Below, in pieces: positions 54,414 through 64,000 of a stretch of 64,000 nucleotides of DNA. Under the pieces are notes generated by a model, which was given only the letters and a program-made list of their open reading frames with translations, made no database searches and was not told where the DNA came from. The stretch comes from Bugula neritina (taxonomy: Eukaryota; Animalia; Bryozoa). A program made the position numbers and the translations under genes. Location: positions 1 through 64,000 of the forward strand of contig OZ037767.1 in assembly GCA_964035545.1 (NCBI GenBank). The letters are read 5' to 3'. Position 1 is the first letter of the stretch, and every line of letters starts with the position of its first letter.

Positions 54414-57400
54414 TTACGACACAACACAGCCACTCCTGTTGTTGGGGTCTTTCTGAGAAGATGGAATGGACTCCTCCTTAACAGCAGGCAAATCCCCTTC
54501 CGCTTTCTTAGCTGCATCAGAGTTCTTAGGCTATATAAAGTACATATATATATTGTATAGAGTAGACTGTGGTCTCATAACATATATATATTGTATAGAG
54601 TAGACTGTGGTCTCATAACATATATATATATTGTATAGAGTAGACTGTGGTCTCATAACATATATATATATATTGTATAGAGTAGACTGTGGTCTCATAA
54701 CATATATATATTGTATAGAGTAGACTGTGGTCTCATAACATATATATATTGTATAGAGTAGACTGTGGTCTCATAACATATATATATTGTATAGAGTAGA
54801 CTGTGGTCTCATAACATATATATATTGTATAGAGTAGACTGTGGTCTCATAACATATATATATTGTATAGAGTAGACTGTGGTCTCATAACATATATATA
54901 TTGTATAGAGTAGACTGTGGTCTCATAACATATATATATTGTATAGAGTAGACTGTGGTCTCATAACATATATATATTGTATAGAGTAGACTGTGGTCTC
55001 ATAACATATATATATTGTATAGAGTAGACTGTGGTCTCATAACATATATATATTGTATAGAGTAGACTGTGGTCTCATAACATATATATATTGTATAGAG
55101 TAGACTGTGGTCTCATAACATATATATATTGTATAGAGTAGACTGAGGTCCACACTTACAGCTTCCTTTCCAGCCGCCACATTGGCTGCGATGTTGAAGG
55201 CTTTGTATGCCTCAGGAGTCCACAGAGGGTGGGCAGAGGGCAGTGTAAACTCCTCGGCTGTCACCATCCCGTATGATGCCTTCAAATCCAGGTCTGGGAG
55301 GGCTTCTGGTACTTTCTGGTGGTAACTAAATAATGTATAACACTATACCGTATAACTATACCGTATAACTATACACTGCATAACACGATACTGTATAACT
55401 ATACTGTATTACTATACACTGTATTACTATACTATGTATTACTATACTGTGTATTACTATATACTGTGTATTACTGTACAGTGTATTACTATACTGTGTA
55501 TTACTATATACTGTGAATTACTATACTGTGTATTACTATACTGTGTATTACTATACTGTGTATACTATACTGTGTATTACTATATACTGTGAATTACTAT
55601 ACTGTGTATTACTATATACTGTGTATTACTATACTGTGTATTACTATACTGTGTATTACTATATACTGTGTATAACTATATACTGTGTATTACAATATAC
55701 TGTGTATTACTATACTGTGTATACTATACTGTGTATTACTATATTGTGTATACTATACTGTGCTCCCTCCAAGACACTCTTTACTTACATAAAGCCATTC
55801 TCTCGCTGACACTTGTCTAGGGTTGTCTTCACCACCCGCCCTATCTTCCTAAAGAAGAGCTGAGTCTCGGGTTTAGCTGTGGTTCCCGGCCCTTTGGAAG
55901 CCGCGTACTCCGTTCCAGCTGCGCCAGCTTTGTCAAAGTCTATCATACATTGTATTGTTATATTGTATTACGATAATATATTATTACTATGTATTATTAC
56001 ATTGTATTATTACTATAATATGTTATATTGTTACATTATATTATGAATACTCACAAGTCACGCTTTCTTTCAGACATCTTATGGCTTCTCCACATTTATC
56101 TTGAGCCAGGAGGTGTTCCCCGTAGTACGAGTAGGCCTGTGATTGGTAGAAACTAGAAATACTCACTGCTGATTGGTAGAAACTAGAAATATTCACTGCT
56201 GATTGGTAGAAACTAGTAATACTCACTGCTGATTGGTAGAAACTAGAAATACTCACTGCTGATTGGTAGAAACTAGTAATACTCACTGCTGATTGGTAGA
56301 AACTAGTAATACTCACTGCTGATTGGTAGAAACTAGTAATACTCACTGCTGATTGGTAGAAACTAGTAATACTCACTGCTAATTGGTAGAAACTAGTAAT
56401 ACTCACTGCTGATTGGTAGAAACTAGTAATACTCACTGCTGATTGGTAGAAACTAGTAATACTCACTGCTGATTGGTAGAAACTAGTAATACTCACTGCT
56501 GATTGGTAGAAACTAGAAATACTCACTGCTGATTGGTAGAAACTAGTAATACTCACTGCTGATTGGTAGAAACTAGTAATACTCACTGCTGATTGGTAGA
56601 AACTAGTAATACTCACTGCTGATTGGTAGAAACTAGTAATACTCACTGCTAATTGGTAGAAACTAGTAATACTCACTGCTGATTGGTAGAAACTAGTAAT
56701 ACTCACTGCTGATTGGTAGAAACTAGAAATACTCACTGCTGATTGGTAGAAACTAGTAATACTCACTGCTGATTGGTAGAAACTAGAAATACTCACTGCT
56801 GATTGGTAGAAACTAGTAATACTCACTGCTGATTGGTAGAAACTGCTCTTCAGTAACAAATACTTCATCCATTTACCTGCTTCTTTGGGTTCCAGTGACT
56901 TGAGATTTTCTTCTGCAAAAGTAAGTGAAGATAGGTTAATGAGTTGCACATAATATAATATAATATAATATAATATAATATAATATAACATAACATAACA
57001 TAATGAATATAACATAACATAATATAACATAACATAATATAACATAACATAACATAATGAATATAACATAACATAATATAACATAATAAATATAACATAA
57101 TATAACATAATAATATATATATGTATGCTGATGATATAAAAATGAGACAAACCTGAGAGTTTAAACAGTTTAGAAGTCTCGTAACACAACCCAGCTATAA
57201 GACTCGGAGAGTGTTTCAGTTCGATTGCCCTAGCAATTGTCACTTCCTGAGCCTCTGCCTGTGATTGGTTGAAATATGCCTCAAGAACTCTTGCATCGAG
57301 ATCCGTGCCTGCTTCTGCGGGCTCTAGGAGGCGCGTGACTTGTTCCTGGTACGATATACACCTGCACTATCATATCAGGTGCTCAGTCTAATGAGTCTAT

Positions 57401-60143
57401 TCTATGTCACACACCGTCAGAGTACAAGTCACACGGTATCAGAGTACATGTCACACACTGTCAGAGCACATGTCACACACTGTCGGAGTACAAGTCACAC
57501 ACTGTCAGAGCACATGTCACACACTGTCAGAGCACATGTCACAGAACATGTCACACAGTGTCAGAGTACATGTCACACGGTGTCACAGCACATGTCATAC
57601 AGTGTCAGAGTATATGTCACACGGTGTCACAGCACATGCCACACAGTGTCAGAGTACATGTCACACACCGTCAGGGTACATGTCACAGATAGAATACCTT
57701 AACATAGCTGAAAACACCTGCAGCTTTCTTTAGACTTGTGTGTATCTCCTTGGCCTCCTCCATGCTAGGGCTAGACATTCAGAAAATATATGTATGTATT
57801 ATATTATATAGTTTGTATATATTATATTATATAGTTTATATATATTATATTATATAGTTTGTATATATTATATTATATAGTTTATATATATTATAATATA
57901 TAGTTTGTATATATTATATTATATAGTTTGTATATATTATATTATATAGTTTATATATATTATATTATATAGTTTATATATATTATATTATATAGTTTAT
58001 ATATATTATATTATATAGTTTATATATATTATATTATATAGTTTATATATATTATATTATATAGTTTATATATATTATATTATATAGTTTATATATATTA
58101 TATTATATAGTTTGTATATATTATATTATATAGTTTATATATATTATATTATATAGTTTATATATATTATATTATATAGTTTATATATATTATATTATAT
58201 AGTTTATATATATTATATTATATAGTTTATATATATTATATTATATAGTTTATATATATTATATTATATAGTTTGTATATATTATATTATATAGTTTGTA
58301 TATATTATATTATATAGTTTGTATATATTATATTATATAGTTTGTATATATTATATTATATAGTTTGTATATATTATATTATATAGTTTGTATATATTAT
58401 ATTATATAGTTTGTATATATTATATTATATAGTTTGTATATATTATATTATATAGTTTGTATATATTATATTATATAGTTTGTATATATTATATTATATA
58501 GTTTGTATATATTATATTATATAGTTTATATATATTATATTATATAGTTTGTATATATCATATTATATAGTTTGTATATATTATATTATATAGTTTGTAT
58601 ATATTATATTATATAGTTTATATATATTATATTATATAGTTTGTATATATCATATTATATAGTTTGTATGTATTATATTATATAGTTTGTATATATTATA
58701 TTATATAGTTTGTACAAATGAGTTGCCACTTACTCGTCAATAGATGCAATCTTAGAGGCGTGCTTTGTGTACCATAAGCCAATATTAAGGCACATGTTCA
58801 GCAACTCAAACACTGTATCATATTGCTCCCTGCGTAACAGAATGTACTGTAACAGTATATAACATGTACTGTGACAGTATTAACATGTACTGTCACAGTA
58901 TATAACATGTACTGTCACAGTATATAACATGTACTGTCACAGTATATAACATGTACTGTCACAGGATAGCCTATGCTCCAAGCACCTGTAGACAACAAGC
59001 ACTGAAAGCACTTTCTAGACTGAGAACCTACTGAGGAGTTTGTCCTTTGAGAGTGTGGGTCCACCTAAAGCGCAGTCCATGACGCACCTTGCTGGAGTTA
59101 GCACCACCACTCTCACCACTTTCTAGACTGTGAATGAATCCATGCAGCAGACTAAAATACTTTTCTTGGTTATTCTGAATAGATTCCAGATCTCTGCCAG
59201 GATCAGTGATGGCATTCAGTAAGTCTGTCCTCGCTTGTCGGGCCTCCCTGTTCCATTCATAGAAAATGTGAGATACAACTTATCTGACTGCAGATACAAC
59301 TAATCTGACTGCAGATACAACTAATCTGACTGCAGATACAACTAATTTAACTGCAGATATAACTAATCTAACTGCAGATATAACTAATCTGACTGCAGAT
59401 ATAACTAATCTGACTGCAGATACAACTAATCTGACTGCAGATATAACTAATCTGACTGCAGATATAACTAATCTGACTGCAGATATAACTTATCTGACTG
59501 CAGATACAACTTATCTAACTAATCTGATTTTAAGCTGATGTCTTTCAAATTCTCCAAGCTACATTTGTCACGAAGAAAATTTTGAATCCACCCACTCAAC
59601 TTGTGTAGTTAAGTTGCCCTTTGAGTTTAGCTTTAAGACGGGTGTACAGTGGAATATCGAATCAAATGGGTCAGCAACAATAAACGATCACAAGGAACAT
59701 GGTGATATTAATTGCTAATTACTATTAGTATTACTATTAGTCATTCGAGTTAATCCCAGTTCCACTAAGTGACTGTGAGTCACTGCAACAGTAAAACAGA
59801 TACAATTACTGAATTAGTATTACAATGAGCAATCACTATCACTGTGAAAGAGTAACACTAACACCGAGTAACAGTAACACTAACAGTAATTCAAATTGTA
59901 AATCAAAATGAAAATCAAAATGTTCATGTTGTGACTATTCACTAATCAGAGTGAAGCATTGTCGTTGTGATCATATGTATCATATTGATATTACATCATA
60001 AATAAAGTTAATCATTATTAAACTGTACATGCATATACATACAGACATAGTTTTTGTGGCTCTCCAGTTTGTGCTGCACTTTTAAAATCAAAGTTTTGTA
60101 CAGCTGTTGCTTTGAGCGGATTTCTATGAAACCAATGGGCCAT
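54414..60143 (-). CDS. BROX: BRO1 domain- and CAAX motif-containing protein (~426 aa, 10 exons)
   Basis: Exons 60143-60043, 59247-59032, 58829-58734, 57770-57698, 57345-57153, 56912-56827, 56136-56055, 55939-55789, 55325-55160, 54530-54414 (1281 nt). [54 protein letters not shown]-terminal CAAX CVVS. Confidence 0.95.
54543..55145. repeat. ~38-bp intronic minisatellite (BROX intron 9)
   Basis: CATATATATATTGTATAGAGTAGACTGTGGTCTCATAA x~15. Confidence 0.95.
56137..56843 (-). repeat. 30-bp minisatellite forming the whole of BROX intron 6
   Basis: Sense unit AGTTTCTACCAATCAGCA|GTGAGTATT(A/T)CT. Intron 56826-56137 = 690 bp = 23 x 30. Confidence 0.95.
57795..58712. repeat. AT-rich intronic minisatellite (BROX intron 3)
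   Basis: TATATATTATATTATATAGTTT(G/A)-type unit. Confidence 0.95.
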
Positions 60144-60399
60144 TGCGGAAATGTCAAGTGATTGTTAACGAGTCCAGTTTAAACACTTTACAATTAGACT
60201 TGCTCTATTAGACCAAAATAAAGTCGGTACAGCTCGGATCTTTTCGTATACAGTAAGTTGTGACGCAACTACACAAATAACCCAATTGGTGTATCCCGTA
60301 TCACAGTATAATATTATTATTAAAAATAAAGATATCGTAGCGTAGATGTTGTTTACATGACCTGAAGACAATGAGGAAAATAAACCTGTTTACTACACA

Positions 60400-60610
60400 T
60401 AGCGCAACGTGATTCGAGAGTGCGGGAGAAATCAACAACGCAGACGAACACGCGCAGGTCAGTGAACGCAAGAGCTTGCATTAAATCTAACTATGCCCCT
60501 CAAGCTGCAGCAGTAATGATGAAAGAGTAACGTTCGTTAGAGCAAACAGCCTAACTTTATTCTTTCTTTGCTGGAATAACCAAATACTATTACTATTAGG
60601 TCAGGTGAGT
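60400..60610 (+). promoter_or_regulatory. CpG-rich divergent promoter and putative non-coding first exon of a + strand gene, head-to-head with BROX
   Basis: CpG cluster 60400-60480 and strong donor CAG|GTGAGT at 60605. No coding exon recognised within the window. Confidence 0.45.
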
Positions 60611-62509
60611 ATAGTACTACTGTTAGTGTTGTGCCTACAGTACTGAGTACTAAGTTGCTCTTGGCTTTGAGTTTCAGTTTGAGTTTGGTTACAAATTTAA
60701 AATAATACTAATAGTGATAGTAATACCCACTCACACTGTTATTAATTATTAATGTTTAATGGTATTGGTTATTCATTATGATTATAACTATCAGTTGACA
60801 TAATAATAATAATCGTTTTAAGATTAAGACAAAATGGCATAAGGCTTCATGATAATCATAATGTCTTATGCTTATACTTATAGTTATACTTAGACTAATA
60901 CTAATAGAGTAATACTAATAGTAATGGTAATACTAATACTAATAGTAATAGTATTCGTTCAACGTATACAGCCGTTGTCCTTACACGCATTCGTATTGAT
61001 ATTGATATTGTTGATGTTATCAAGTTTAGGTGTAATCTATGGCTATTGCTACCGTTAGTGTTAGTCCAATATGAATAGTAATAAGTTCACTAATAACTAT
61101 AAGTTTTACAGTTAAACTTAATGCTATACTTATTAAATTGATAATTCATTTATTTATATTATCATTGTCATTGTGCACCTTTATTTATTTTTACTATTTT
61201 ATTTGCAATTACGTTTCTGCAATCGGACATCAATTCTAAATATCCGATGTCTAATCCAAATTATGATATTTAATATGACTATAGTAAAGTAAATAGAATT
61301 GCGAAATTTACATTTGAAATTGATGTTGATGTTAGCCACTTAGTTTTACTATTGATCATGATGGTTAGAAACTTACAAATTATATTTGCTTTTAAAGTCA
61401 TTCCTTTAAACTTTATAATTATTAATGGTTAACTCGATACAAAAAAATTAACTTCTAGGTCATGTTAAATTACTGGTGATGTTTAGAAGTTTGTTTATTT
61501 TTAAACCAAATATATATATATAATATATTAATATTACAAATAAACATTGACTATAAGATTAGTGCTAGTGAGTAAAACAAATTCAGTTAGCATGCCTTGT
61601 ACTCATTATCATAACACTATAATAATTGTTACTATTAAATATTGGCAATTACCACCACCACTCTACGTGTGCTTTTACCTTGTTACTTACATAATTATTC
61701 ATATACTAAAACAGTTTGAAGCATGAATGCAAGTTTTGTTGAGTATAATATTTATAGTGGCCTACAAATATATGTAAATATTCCAAATGGAATAGTCATG
61801 ACATGTTTTCTTGCTGTTTCATTGAAAATAAGTGGCAAGTTTGACCTGAGACAGTCAACTGGTATAGGACAATAAAAGGTAATATAACACTGGTGTTATC
61901 ACCAGATTTAGTACAGCATTCTATAAGGCATTCTATAAGGCATTCTATGACATACCCTTCATACAAATAGGCCTTTTCACCAGCTGCTTTCTGTGGTAAT
62001 ATTGTGGCTTTGCTAACACAATCAAAGTTGAGTTAAGCCCAATTAGTTTGTTTCCCAGTTTGTTAAGGCATAGCTTAGGCAACAGCTGTTATCATTTCTT
62101 AATGAAGGACTGGTATCACGAGCCCGTCTTGCTGAGTAATTGTCTGTGGTTACATGGGCAGTGGTGTTGATTACTCGCACTTGTCTACTAACCCATCAAG
62201 TAGACAGGGGGTTCACCTAGCTAAAGGCCAACTTCCAACTGCTTTTCCTTAGATATATTTTCTGAAAAACCCACCATGACGCTGGAATAGCCAAGGTTTA
62301 GTTACTTGTGTCTAAAAAAGAGGAGTCTTTTTATTTTTATGATGGTGCAACTGTTTGTGATTTCCCCTTTCTATCCACCCCTGATAATTTGCTTAACCAG
62401 CTGTGACCACAGAGCCACCACAGAGCTGATGCGTAGAGGAGACAAAATGGCTGCAGGACACACTAAGAGCCCATTGTTTGTTCCGTAGTCCTTTTAGTCT
62501 CTGTTTATT

Positions 62510-63710
62510 ATACTCTATACTATATGATACTCTACTCTATACCTTATAATACTCTATACTATATAATACTCTATACTATATAATACTCCATACTGTATAA
62601 TACTCTATACTGTATAATACTCTATACTGTATAATACTCTATACTATATAATACTCTATACTATATAATACTCTATACTATATAATACTCTATACTGTAT
62701 AATACTCTATACTATATATACTATATACTTTATAATACTCTATACTATATAATACTCTATACTATATAATACTCTATACTGTATAATACTCTATACTGTA
62801 TAATACTCTATACTGTATAATACTCTATACTATATAATACTCTATACTATATAATACTCTATACTATATAATACTCTATACTATATAATACTCCATACTG
62901 TATAATACTCTATACTGTATAATACTCTATACTATATAATACTCTATACTATATAATACTCTATACTATATAATACTCTATACTATATAATACTCTATAC
63001 TGTATAATACTCTATACTGTATAATACTCTATACTATATAATACTCTATACTATATAATACTCTATACTATATAATACTCTATACTATATAATACTCTAT
63101 ACTGTATAATACTCTATACTGTATAATACTCTATACTGTATAATACTCTATACTGTATAATACTCTATACTGTATAATACTCTATACTGTATAATACTCT
63201 ATACTATATAATACTCTATACTATATAATACTCTATACCTTATAATACTCTATACCTTATAATACTCTATACTATATAATACTCTATACTATATAATACT
63301 CTATACTATATAATACTTTATACTGTATAATACTCTACACTATATAATACTCTATACTATATAATACTCTATACCTTATAATACTCTATACTATATAATA
63401 CTCTATACTGTATAATACTCTATACTATATAATACTCTATACTATATAATACTCTATACTATATAGTACTCTATACTATATAATACTCTATACTATATAA
63501 TACTCTATACTATATAATACTCTATACCATATAATACTCTATACTATATAATACTTTATACTATATAATACTCTATACCTTATAATACTCTATACCTTAT
63601 AATACTCTATACTATATAATACTCTATACTATATAATACTCTATACCTTATAATACTCTATACTATATAATACTCTATACCATATAATACTCTATACCTT
63701 ATAATACTCG
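62510..63710. repeat. 17-bp minisatellite (ATAATACTCTATACTRT) x~70
   Basis: Read directly. Confidence 0.96.
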
Positions 63711-64000
63711 TCTCTATTATTCTTGTGGTTTCTTTGTTCTGGTAGTGTATAACTTTGTGGTAAGCTGAGGCCTCTCTTGCAAATTGTTATTGGCAATGAG
63801 GTAGACCACAGTTTCTATAGCCCTTGTTCCTCCCAACAATACAGTAGAGTATGCTGTCACATATACCTAACCCACCCCCCACTCTATGACTGTCTTATAA
63901 AACAACCCCTTAGCTCAGTACATTCAGTATTCAGGACTTTCCACATCAACAAATGTTTCCAAAGAATTTAATGTCCAGCCTGCTTTATAATTGCAGATTT

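Noticed and set aside
56041-57243. 400-aa ORF as a stand-alone gene
   Set aside because: Read-through of BROX exons 5-7 and two stop-free introns.

Overview
Left end of an animal chromosome; no CRISPR array or prokaryotic features. 1-8438 is a telomere of the non-canonical 7-mer (CCCCAAA)n, i.e. TTTGGGG on the G strand, with an inner zone of T->C variant repeats. From memory this motif has been listed for cheilostome bryozoans; I cannot verify the taxon here. About 8.4-30.3 kb is a decayed subtelomeric mosaic: a segmentally duplicated array of spliced but stop-ridden exon-like blocks, a Mutator-like MITE, solo LTRs, a proteasome beta-2 (PSMB7) pseudogene and a C2H2 zinc-finger pseudogene. An apparently intact CR1-group LINE follows (31.1-35.4 kb). 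Beyond it are compact intact genes, reconstructed by hand with consistent splice phases: a CNBD2-like gene (+), BLCAP (-), a secreted pentraxin+PAN/apple protein (-), an unrecognised amidated neuropeptide-like precursor (-) and BROX (-). Almost every intron of these genes holds its own minisatellite. Several arrays are built from copies of the splice junction itself, and one BROX intron consists entirely of 23 in-frame copies of the exon end plus donor site.
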